This document shows positions 1-45,082 of a stretch of DNA of 64,000 nt, in pieces. The stretch lies in NCBI RefSeq assembly GCF_963506605.1, contig NC_083278.1:36952001-37016000 (forward strand), given 5' to 3'. The stretch's first letter is position 1. Every line of letters begins with the position of its first letter. The notes under the pieces were generated by a model. That model was not told the origin of the DNA. It saw only the letters and a list, made by a program, of their open reading frames with translations, and did no database searches. The position numbers were made by a program, and so were the translations under genes. Source of the stretch: Zootoca vivipara (Eukaryota).

Positions 1-539
1 ATGGCAGCAATCATGTTACCTTAAATTCCGAATCAACCCATTTGTTATGGAACCCAGTGTGTTGACCCCACCATAGGGAAGCCTCCTTGGCAATAGTCAT
101 GGCAGGTTTTATCTCCATATGTCTTTACAGCAAAACGAAAGGGAATATTATAAACGTACACTCCTGATTTACATGACCAAGCATAAAGAAGTTGCTGTTG
201 ATGAAGTCAGTACAATTGCACACTGCCTCCAACGTTCATTTGAGTCACAGAATTTTAAAAGGAGGTGGATAAGAATCTGCAGTGCATCACATTAAATTTC
301 TTAGCCACTTTCCACAAGAACTCTCCAAGTGACATATAGCGATAAGATTCCGATACATAATACTCCACCAAGCTACAAATGAAACCACTAATGTGATCAT
401 ATTGCAAAAACGAATATGTCCATCTCCCTAATAAAACTTTGACCACCACCCCTGTTGGCTGTGATTGCAATCTAGCTGCCTTGGTCACAAACTCAATATA
501 AAATGTGGCTTCCTTACGGTTAAATGGAGTAGGTTGAAG

Positions 540-990
540 AAAGCATGTGGCACCAATTTTGACATGCCTGCTGTGGCTCCTGGTTTGTTTCCAGGTTCAG
601 TTTAATGAGTTGTCTTTGACCTTTAAAGACCTAAAGTGCCCAGGTCCAACATACGTGAGGACTGTCTTCTCTCATATACCTGTTCATTAAGATCTGCTTC
701 ATAGGCGGGTTTTTTTTGGGGAGGGCGGGGAGATGTTGGGCCCAAGATTTTGGAACTTTGTCCCTGGGGAAGTGTGGTCTGCCTTTGCATCGCTAGTTTT
801 CAGTTGCATGTTGAGTGTTCTCTTTCAGAGGGCATTCAAGACCCCCATAGCTGCTATATTGCTGTTGGGCATTTTAGCTGTTGTTGCTGGGGTGTTTTTT
901 TAAAAAATAGGTGTCAAAGCTATTCTGTATGTTTTGTATGCTTTGAACTGTTTTGACACAAAAGGTGTGGCATTAATATTTTAATTAATA
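540..990 (+). mobile_element. Degenerate L2-type LINE 3' fragment
   Basis: Decayed similarity to the L2 C-terminus seen at 53131-53925 (..tggctcc..ggtttgtttcc..ttgacctttaaag); boundaries approximate. Confidence 0.5.
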
Positions 991-1291
991 AATACATAAC
1001 CCAACCAGGGACCACTGCGGTCCATGTAGTTGGAGTCTTAGCTGCCTTCACTTTCTTGCCCTTTTTAGTTGAACACCATGAGGGCAGTGAAGAGCTGCCA
1101 TTTAGCAGTACATTAATTTGTGGCATGGCAAAATGGCTGCCTAGAACTGGCATGTAAAAATGAATGGGGCTTAGAGGGAGAATAGTTTTCTAATTTATTT
1201 TCTTTGCAGTTTTATGTACGTAGCTGGTCATTTGTTTTGTGCTTTATGATTTTATAGTTCTAAGACACTTATAAATAAATAACATAAATAA

Positions 1292-34740
<33,449 letters not shown>

Positions 34741-37180
34741 GTAGTCACTTTCTACATTAACACTTGGTCCCCCCCCCACCCCCACCCTGAGCTTCTCCTA
34801 CCTTAACAATAAAGGGAAGAATTCCTCTGAGCAGCAGAGGACACTTAAACATTCCGTAATTGTCTAGAGATGTTTAATATAAAGTAAACAGATTTTATTA
34901 ATGTGGCAGTTTTTAATTTGTATTTCTGATGTTTTAATTTGTGTAGTGAATTCACTAGTTCTGTGGGTCTGAGCATCTGTTTCAGCCAACTACGTGGTTT
35001 GCTTTTTTTCCGTTCATACACCGATCCCTGCACATAGCATCTGTCATGACACTAAAAGTGCTGTAACGTAGAGTAACACACTACTGGGATTTAACTACAT
35101 AACAATGACTGCATTTTGACTTCCTCTTTACACTGTTAATTCCTTTGCGGTACCCAGAATGTTAGTCTCTCCTTCAAGATAGCATAGCAAAAAGAAAAAG
35201 TACATTGCATCTTATAACTGGAATTGTGAGGCCTTATTGTTAACTTCTACTGTAGAAGTTAAAAAAAAACTTTTATAAGATGAAAGACTTCATGTGCAAC
35301 TTATGAAAGTTGCTTGACATCTAGGTAGATGTCCACAAGAAAGCATTTTGGGAAATGTGTCTTAGGTAGATTGCAGGATTTCAAATACTGAGAGCAGGAC
35401 AATTGTGTCTGGAGTACTTAGGGATATTTAGGCTGATGCACGCTGAATTTACTAAGCAGTGGGTTTTTCCTTTTTTAAACTATTTTTTACAAGACAAATT
35501 TGTTCAGGCAATTCTTCATTTTTATTTTTCGGTTATAGCTTTCTTAGTCAAACGAAGTAAGACAGAGTTAAACAATATTTTACAAAAATATATATCTAGA
35601 TACATTTAGGACTGAAAGCATAAGGGAAGTAAGTGGGTTCCATTTTTCATGACAGCAAAGCCTAATTGTCAGCTGAATTTTGCTGTTCCTTTGTACTTGC
35701 AATGCACATGGGATTAGGTGGCTTCTGTCAGAAACTCAGACTCTTGACGAGTGGCACAGCACTGGAATTTCTAATTGCGCCATGCTGCTTCAAATGGCTT
35801 AACTTCATAGTGTTAAAGTAATAAACTTTTTCTTCTAATCTTACAGATATATTTGCAGCTAATCTTCCAACTTCAGGCTTTGTGGGTTGCTTTTTTTTTT
35901 TGCTAATGTACCCTGGATGGTAATTAAATTTCTTATGTATAACGATTACTTGTTTCACACAGATGGAAGTTGCCTTTTATTGATGTTGCTGGATAGCCCT
36001 ATAGCTGGCTAATATCAACAGATTAAACCTTGGTATTATCTCAGTGTTAGGAGATTTGTGGAAATAAGTATTGTCTGGTTGGGAGGGAAACAGATTGAAT
36101 TTGGGGGGAGCTCCCCCCCTTATTATATTAAGAAGCTAATTACATTTCTGGGCTGTAGTTTTTAATTCTTCAATATTCTTTCTAAGCACACCATTGTCAC
36201 TGCCTTCTGCCACAGCATGCCTCCTGGCAGAAATACCCTCTGCAGTGTAAAAACTATCAAAGTAAAACGCTAAGTGCCCACATGGCTACCAACCTTGGGG
36301 CAGGGTTGAGAGGATGTAAAACTGCAATATTTATTAACCCCCAATTTTAATGCATGGTTTAAAACTGTTCACACCCTGTCTATTTCTTGTCTTCAGTCTG
36401 TAAAAAGCCCCTATCCCTACACATCAACTTTCTGAAGATCTGGTTGGCATGGTCAGCTCTGAGAGCCTTGAGTTAAACTTAGTTGATTGTCGAAGTTGCC
36501 ACCACCAAAAATCCATCAGAGGTTGCACATGCAACCTTCACCCCCCCCAATGGGGGAGCCATAACTTAAATCTAGGGATGAGGAACCTGTTGCTCGCCAG
36601 ATGATATTGAACTAAAATTCTCACCTTTGGCCATTCTGGCTGACGTTGATGGGAATAGGAGCCCAACAAAATCCAGAGGGTTACAAGCCCATCCCAATTT
36701 AAAGGCACTTCTAATTGCACAAAGGAAGGTCTTGCTGTCCCCAGCCTCCTGCATTGCACCATTTGCTATTTTAGTAAAACCCTGACTTTAGGTCTAAAGG
36801 AGCAACAGGAAGGAGGAGGCAGCGCAGAGCCCGTTTGCAGTTCATGGGTTCCAAGTTTATGTATGCAGCCCTTGGTAAGGATCCAACAACAGGAACAAGG
36901 CATACAACACATTTTTCCCATGTAGGGCTATAGCGATAAGAGGATTTTGTGCTGTTTCCTGCACTTGGAGAACCCCTCTAATCAAGGTTAGGCAGAACAA
37001 GATTTGTATATTCAATGCAAAATTGTTGAACTGAGGCCATAGGGACTGGATGTTAGAATTAAAGTTATAGTCATAAGCTAAGCATTAACTGACCATGATC
37101 TAATCAGATACTTCACTAGTTGAATGCTATGTTTTAGATCTGATTGGTGTCACAAATGCATACAAAGCCAGTTGGATAAC

Positions 37181-37325
37181 CAGTGCTTTCCCACCCCCTG
37201 AGAGTACTCAATGGTATGCAGTACCAGCACCTTTTCTCCCCCAAATGTTAAAAGTGTGGCACTTACTGTAACGACTTCATGGTGAGTACCGGCACCTTTT
37301 TTTCCCTTCTTTTAAAAAAGCACTG
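37181..37325. mobile_element. hAT MITE (CAGTGCTTT family)
   Basis: TIR CAGTGCTTT / AAAGCACTG; 8-bp TSD TGGATAAC. Confidence 0.9.
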
Positions 37326-37850
37326 TGGATAACACAATGATTTTTATGGCGAAGAGGTTCAGAGAAAGGGGGGTGGAGAATAGTTAATGAGGAATAGATA
37401 TGTTACACTACATGAGAGCTTCACACCTCTCTGTGTTTCCTACTAGGAGAGAATCACATTCAAATTAAAAAAATGCCTCTTACCCTGTGTATGTTCTGAT
37501 GGTCTCTGTATCCTCCCAAACAGTTATTGACATTATGCATGCTTTTTGTTATTATTTTTTTTTAAAAAAAACCCATCTTGTTAATTACTGCTGCCACTCA
37601 CTTTCCTTGGCATGTCTGGGGCTGTTTCTTATGGACCCCATATCGCATCAAATAGTTAATGGCATATAAAAGATGCACTTTCTCCTTTAAAATATTTTCT
37701 GGGTCGTAATTTAAAGGTAAGGCTTACAAAAGGAGGGGGGGGGGGACTAAAAGTTAAGAACGTAGGCTTGCATAATAGATGAGTTGTATGCATTATATTT
37801 GGGAATCAAAGCCATGAGCAAATGCATCCTAGGAGGTGGTTGTGATAAAG

Positions 37851-38190
37851 CAGGGGTCCCCAAACATACCCGGCTTTGGGTCGGTGCCCACTGTGCTGAT
37901 CGCTCTTCCGGGTCGGGAAAAAGCGCAGAAAATTGTTTGTGCACATGGGCCTCCCCCGACCCGGAAGTGCACCAGAAATGACGTTTGCGCAAGCACGCAA
38001 ACTTTATTTCCGGTACACTTCCAGGTCGGGAGAGGCCCATGCGCATGCACACAAACGATTTTCGGCACTTTTTTTTTTTTACCCGGAAGCGCACTGGTAG
38101 GAGCGGGTGGTGGCAGCGGGCGGCATTGCGGGCCAGATAAGAGGCCTTCGGGCCGTATGCGGCCCACTGACCTTAGTCTGGGGACCCCTG
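37851..38190. mobile_element. Young CpG-rich non-autonomous hAT element in the presumed MYO6 3' UTR
   Basis: TIR CAGGGGTCCCCA / TGGGGACCCCTG; 8-bp TSD TGATAAAG. Confidence 0.94.
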
Positions 38191-38787
38191 TGATAAAGGA
38201 CCCCCCAAATGCTTGCATGTGATGCCATCTATATATACTTTGAATTGGGATGATAACTGCAATATCCCTCACTTCCATATAATCTGGCTTTGTCATGAAA
38301 ATTAGTAACCACCATGTGTTGCTTAAGAGAAAACAAGTTAAGCCCTCCGTTGCAACTAGAAATGGACCTACTGCTGTCTTTTGGTTATGAGATCTCTGGA
38401 AGGGTGGTTCTGTTTTACTTATGCATTTACATTACTTGAATACACCTGAATGGATTCCGATTATTGTTTCAGGGGATGTGATGTTCTGTTGAAGTTCTTT
38501 CTATAGTGTTTGGTCTGCGATGACTGTTTCACATGCTGGTTGCAGTCACTGGATAATGAAAATGCAGTTATAAACATGCCCTGTATCTAAAATCATGTTA
38601 CTTTACCAGGAACACAAACCTGTACAGAAGTTTCCCTTCAGAAAATAGCACAATGTCTTTAACATTCCATTGAAAATTTCCTCAGCTTCTGGTATCTCTG
38701 CCTACTTTATCCCTGGGTTATTTTCACCCGAAACTGTTTTAAGTACTTTGTCAAATGACCTTAATTATGTACTGAAAATTGCTGCAA

Positions 38788-38793
38788 AATAAA
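38788..38793 (+). promoter_or_regulatory. Candidate MYO6 polyadenylation signal (AATAAA); implies a 3' UTR of about 4 kb
   Basis: AATAAA preceded by a TGTA/U-rich UTR-like tract. Other AATAAA copies occur near 34808 and 38906, so the site used is inferred. Confidence 0.5.
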
Positions 38794-38938
38794 AACACTC
38801 CGTTGATCTCTCTGGGATATTATTTATTTAAGAAAGAGTGAGAATGACTGGGGGAGCTGTGAAACTTGCACTTTGCTTTCTCAAGTCAGTGTAACCATTA
38901 AAGCAAATAAACGAACAACATTTGATATTAAAGTAATA

Positions 38939-39162
38939 TAGTGGTACCTCGGTTTAAGAACAGTCCGGTAGAAGAACGATTCGGTTTACAAACTCCGCAA
39001 AACCAGAAATAGTCTCTTGGTTTGAGAACTTTACCTCAGTCTAAGAATGGAATCCGAATGGCAGAAGGGCACCGGCGGTGGGAGGCCTCACTAGGGAAAG
39101 CACGCCTCGGTTTAAGAACAGATTTCCGGAATGGATTAAGTTCGTAAACCGAGGTACCACTG
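38939..39162. mobile_element. Tc1/mariner (Tigger-like) MITE
   Basis: TIR AGTGGTACCTCGGTTTA / TAAACCGAGGTACCACT; TA flanks. Confidence 0.92.
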
Positions 39163-39568
39163 TACTGGCTTCTAAAACTGTCTCATGAATTGGGGTGGGG
39201 TTGGGGTTGGGTGGGGGTGTATGCGTTGAGGGGCTGTCATTGTTTCTAACATTCTTTTTACCAACTATTGCTTTTTTCCTCATATATGCCACATTATTTG
39301 CCACAACCCAATTAAAGATAGATGTGACCATAAACCAGCTTGAATCAGATGAAGCCAAGTTGTTTACAACTTACTTTAAAACAAGCACTGGATTTAGTAC
39401 TTTGTAAGATTATAAAATATTTTTGATTGCCCTTATATCTCTTTTAAATATTTTATGTTATATATATGCATGCATCCTAGATGCACAAAAAAACCTTTCA
39501 ACTACTAAGCAGACATTTTTCTGATATATAACATAGAAATACAGTCTGTCTAAACTCTAGTTAAATAT

Positions 39569-39582
39569 TTTATTATTTTATT
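39569..39582 (-). promoter_or_regulatory. Candidate IMPG1 distal polyadenylation signals (two AATAAA on the minus strand)
   Basis: TTTATT at 39569-39574 and 39577-39582 on +, in AT-rich 3'-end-like sequence. Another candidate lies at 41218-41223. Confidence 0.45.
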
Positions 39583-42351
39583 GAAATACAAAACATTCTC
39601 TCATCCAGCAAAGATATTTGGTAATTAATATTTGAAAATGATAAATTATGGTCAAGAACAATTGTTTCATTATTAAAACTGACATGTAAAAATGGTTTCT
39701 ATTGTTTTTCTTATAGAAATTGGTATGAATAAACATATACAAAAAAAAATAGCTCTGAAATGAAAATATATTGAATACAATGAGGACTCTTAACTTACAC
39801 AACCTCCAGTAGTGCCTGGTGTATAGTGGGATATCTTCAGATATATGCCCTAAAGATGTCATCTAGGCTGTGAAATGGTACCTTGGAGTCCATGTAAGCT
39901 TCCTCGCTGACATTAAGATGAGATCTTCTCCATGTATACATAAATAATGTTACGCTTGACTGTAAACTCAACATTTTTTTTACCTTGAGGCGGCTGACTA
40001 CCTCTAACGCGGCATCTACAAGCCCATATGAGAATATAACTTGGCAGGCGACTTTCTTGACACCGTAAAATAAATAGATGAAGATTAGTTAGCTCAACTC
40101 TTACAGGTATTGGCTCTGAGTAAACATTTAAGAGAAGCAATTAGCCATGGTATTGTTTATATAAGCTGTATTGCCTAAATGCACGCAGGAAGGAGAGATG
40201 GTTCAGGGCACTAGGATTATACCCAGAGCAGAAATGCACTTGATAATTAAAGGAAAACACCTGCCGCTCCAAAAAAAAGAAAGGAAGCAATGCTAGCACT
40301 AGTAAAAGACTTCCCCTTAGTGCTCGGTTCCTAAGCACACCTAACTTTAAATAATTCTGGCTTTGGATATTCTGTACACCTGGGGGGGGGGGGTGAAGAA
40401 GGACCTCTAAGCTGTGCTGTCCTTGCTGCTTTAGAATATTTGAAATTGAGGCTCGTGCATATTCCCGGCTGGCTGTAGGATTATGCACATGCACCAACCT
40501 ATCTAACAAGTCTCTCTACCCCCTACTTGCTGCAGACACCTGAAACACTTTGTTTTTACTGGAAGCAATTCGGATCACTACCAGTTATGCAGTGCTTAGC
40601 ATGCATTGAAGGTTCTGCACAACCTATTATTCCATTTAGACAAATGACCCAGCACAGAAGTGTGGGTTGTAGTGTGTGTGTGTGTGTGTGTGTGTGTCCA
40701 TTTAAAAAAAACTTACTAGATGTGCCTGCATGTTGCTAGTTGATAAGTCTTGTACAGTAACTAATCACACCACATTAGTGGCTTGGTGTCTGTTCTGTGC
40801 GAACAAAAACAATTACTGCAATCTATCACAACCATATGATAGCAAACACATCGCTTCTTATACACACAGCCTAAAATTTACAGGCCGATTCTCAAAAGGA
40901 TATAGGGAAATCTCTTAGCAATTATAGTTAAAATAAAAATGCCCACTTAATGTTTTTAATATCTGTAAAAGAACAGCATTGTGGGGTTTAGTTTCTGTCT
41001 GTCTTATTGTAGGTCACTTTAGGTTGCGCTGAACAAGAGAAAGTGACTAACAAATTTAATAAAGACTTAAAATAATCACTGGTGGTGACGGTTAGGGCTG
41101 AAAACCCCATTGTAAGCTTTCAATACGATTCTCCAGTAATTATAATAAAACAGTTACTACCGCATAATTGACAATCATTACAGTAATTAGTATATGTGTC
41201 GGCCACTTTTCTGTTCATTTATTTTGGGATAGAATTTCCAGCAGAGACTTCTGCATCTGAATCTAAGCTTTAAAATAACAAAAATATTTATCATATAAAC
41301 ACTGTACAGTAATTAAATACATTTAGCACTGCATTCGTGATAACATGGATATTATGTAATGGAGGACAACAGTTTTGACGGAAAGTAGATGCAGCCACCT
41401 TGTTTTTTACTCAAATATAAACTTCAGTTAATGTGTTCACTGTTAGGGAAAAAATGGGTTGCCTTCTGAAGCTCTGTTGTTGCCTCCCTCCTCCCCCAAA
41501 GACTCCATTTATCCGGGTGAGTGAACTTGGTATTACCAGCAGTCCTCTTGGTGAAAATCTGTGGAAACAAAGTGCCAATAATGTGGCCAACATTGACTCA
41601 AAAAACACTCAGAGCTTTCCCCCAAATTCCAGAGTTAATTTCTGGAGTGACACTTGCCCCACACCTTAGACTTCTCTTGAGATAAATTACTGGCCAAAAT
41701 TCATCAGAAAATAACTATTACATTTTCTGAGAATATTTTATTCTTTGGACTCCTCCTGAATTGCTGGATACTTCTATTCCCACCAAGAGTATTTGGCAAC
41801 CACTCCGCCCACTAACAGAGTTAAACACAGATCCAGTTTTAATACTGTTTAGAATTGCTGAAGGAAGCAATTCCATCTTTGCCTTACTCCAACTTACCAG
41901 TGCAAACAAAAATGTATGTATGTATTATACTAATCATTAACTGAATTGAAATTTCACGGTAGAAGTTTCTGTGAATGTTTGAGAAGTCCACTACCCCACT
42001 TGGACACAAGATCTGGGAAAGTGCTTCCCTTCTCCAATGCCCACACCATGCTGGACGGGACGGGATGACAGACATTTTGCTCACCCCTAGAATCCAGTTT
42101 ACAGAATCCAGATCCTCTCCTTCAGTAGTTTGTATCAGGCCTTTGTAGCGCTCAGTTTTTGTTTACTTTCGCACCACTCTTCAATGATTGTTTAGGCTAT
42201 TTTAAAAAGGGCTCAACTATAGCAGTGGCAAATAAATGCAACTGAAGTGTGTTTTGTTCTCTGACTCTCAAAGGCACATATATATTTAGGGGAGGTTTCC
42301 ACACAATAACACTATTATATAGAGCTATTTACAAAAATAAAAACCACAAAC

Positions 42352-42429
42352 CTTTATGCCCGCTGACTGTTGCCTAGAATTCAGGGCGTCAGATACTAAC
42401 TCAGCAGTCTTTGCTTTGTATCAGGTGGT
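42352..42429 (-). CDS. IMPG1: IMPG1 terminal coding exon; (R)[10 protein letters not shown] when joined directly to the EGF exon (stop 42398-42396)
   Basis: ccttcttttccttacag|A acceptor; the RxPD start resembles human RLPD (recalled); possible donor AAG|gtttgt at 42352. Confidence 0.72.
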
Positions 42430-45042
42430 CTGTAAGGAAAAGAAGGATATGAATGTTTACCGCATGCTGGTGTGTGCAAGCCATCAAAGCCAAAAGCTAG
42501 AGCAGAAAGTGCTAACAGTGCAGAAGTGCTAACAAGAATGTTCTGGTCTGAAGCTGTGACAGAGGTTTTAGAGACATTGAGGGTTAGTCCTTTTTAGTTG
42601 TGAAACACCAAAGGCAAGTTGAAGTTGGTTGTTAACAAGGGCAACTAAGAGAAGACCCATTTTGAAGAGGAACGAGTAGTATTTGCATGCATTTTACCTC
42701 CATTCTCTGTTCTGTGGTCATGCTTTTGCAGTTCTCGATCACTGCTCTCTGAAGGACTGATACAAGCACTTACATTACAGGGCCCATGACACAAACTACT
42801 GATGGGTTCATGGTGGTCAAAGGCAGGATTAATTCTGACAGCATTCTCTGTGTTGCTTTGGCTGAGAGGAGGACCTCTACAAGGCAGAACATGTTTGTTT
42901 AGGGTAAGACTTCCTGTCTGTAGTTTTTAAAAGTTCCAAAAAAAACTGTTGGGGGAGGGTTAAGCTGCTTACTCCAGTTTAGGCTTGGTATTGCATTTTC
43001 TTCGCAACTTATATATTAAAGTGATGAGAAGAATAACTAGGCTTAATAAGCCAAGCATCAAAGCTTTGGAGATGTTGGACCGGGTAGGTGCTGGAGCGTA
43101 TTTTGCACAACGCCCTTGGCTGTTTCTACGGGCTGGGCATCTAAAACATGGAGGGAAAGGGAAGCAAAGCAGTTTTATGTCAAAACAAGGGCATGCAGGA
43201 AAAACAATTCAAAACAGGTTCTCCATGCCTGTCCTAAACTCTTCAATCTGTGTTTCAATGCTGCATTTACTGTATATTTATCAGCCGGCACCCAAAGTGT
43301 AAGTAGACACAGTGAAACTTCCCTTTCCTATCTTTCTCCCAGCTCAGATATGCTCCAGGGGTCCCCACCATCACTTGGAGGCACACAGGGGCAAGAGAGT
43401 GAAGGGGAAGTCCTATAGCTCATGTGGATGTCAATTCCACAAGCGGGCTGATTCCACTGAATGCCAGTCATTTATAGGATAGCTCATTTGGGTAGAGCGT
43501 GGTGCTGATAATGCCAAAGTTGCAGGTTCGATGCCCCTAGAGGACAGCTGACTATTCCTCCATTGCAGGGAGTTGGACTAGATTATCCTCATGGTCCCTT
43601 CCAACTCTGTCATTCTATTCCATATTAACTTTTTAATTGTTTGATTTCTTCTTGTAAGACACCCTGAGGACTGCCATAGAGTGCGCTATAAATGCTGTAC
43701 ATAAATTATGGTAATAATACTGTAATAGAATTGCTAATAATAATAACATGGTGTAAGTGGCTGGCAGGCAAATATGTGTTCATTCAGGTTCATTTCCTAT
43801 ACAGAGACATCTCCCACCACAAGCACGGCGAAGCCTCAGATACTTACCTCATGAAGCTCCATATGCTCACTTGGAATGGTGGAAGGTCCTATAAGGAAAA
43901 GAGCTTGGAGCAGGTCTTCCTCACAAGAGGTGCCCGGGGGGCAAGGAAAGGCCAACCTCCCATTTTAGAATATAGAAGCGGGGGGTTGTATCCAAAGCAA
44001 CACAGCGGAGTTCTGCTGGGGCAACGACATTTCCTCTCCTCACTCGACCCACTCCCAAAATGTTCTCCAGAGCATCTCCCAAACCCTGGAGCTGATTTTG
44101 AGGGTGTGCAGGGGGGGGGGGGCTTCAGGGGAGAGGAGGGAAATGTTCCGTTCTGCTAGCGCGTGTCCCTTGCAATAGCAGAACAGGTGCATACCAGGTA
44201 TGCAGCACATGCATTCCTCTCTCCATAACAGGCATGGATATAGGGAGGTTCACATTCTTATTTTGTTTTTCTGGTATGCCTGGTGAGGCGACTGAAGGAC
44301 TTCCTGTCAGTATCTATCAAATATGCTACGAGGAAACTCCCAAGATTACCTCCTTCAATCTACAGATTCTTAAAATGAGCTAAATCTAAACAAAGCGTCT
44401 GATCCATTACACAGCTGACAAGTACATGTAATCTGACAAAAATAACATTTAACGTTGAAGCCCTTTCTGCTGGGCTGCATGAAGTAGATTCCAGCTTATG
44501 GCAAACAATAGAGGTGGGAAGTCAACGTGACCATGTGGAAACCCAAAACTTGATGCTGAGCACAGGCTCATAACAAAGCACTGGCCCATTTAGACCAGTA
44601 TTGTTACCATGACAACCAGGAGCTCTCCTGGGATCTTCCCAGTCCTGCTACCAGAGAGCTTTACAATTGGGAATTTTCTGTAGGGATGCCATAAACCACT
44701 GTTCCCTCCCTAGTCAATGTCTAACCAAGAATAATGGCTGCATTCTATCATGTGATGCTGTTTGCATGATGCAATAGATTCCATAATATATTTCAAATTC
44801 TACAGCAGCATTGATATTCATAATATTCATAATCACAATCGGTCCTGCCACCCTCACAGGCATACTTGGTAGGGATGTGGGGAGAGGGCCTTCTTAGTGA
44901 CTGGCCCCAAAACTTTGGAATTCTCTCCCTGGAGAAGCTAGACTGGCTCCTTCCTTGTCCGGAAGGACAAGAAGGAACAGACTTCTTTTAATGAAAGGGC
45001 TGGTGCCCTGCTGCTTTTATTGTAAGTATCGGTGTGTTTTTA

Positions 45043-45082
<40 letters not shown>

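Noticed and set aside
43477-43550. tRNA-Ile-like sequence
   Set aside because: The stems are mismatched and it is fused to a CR1-like tail, so it is a SINE head and not a tRNA gene.
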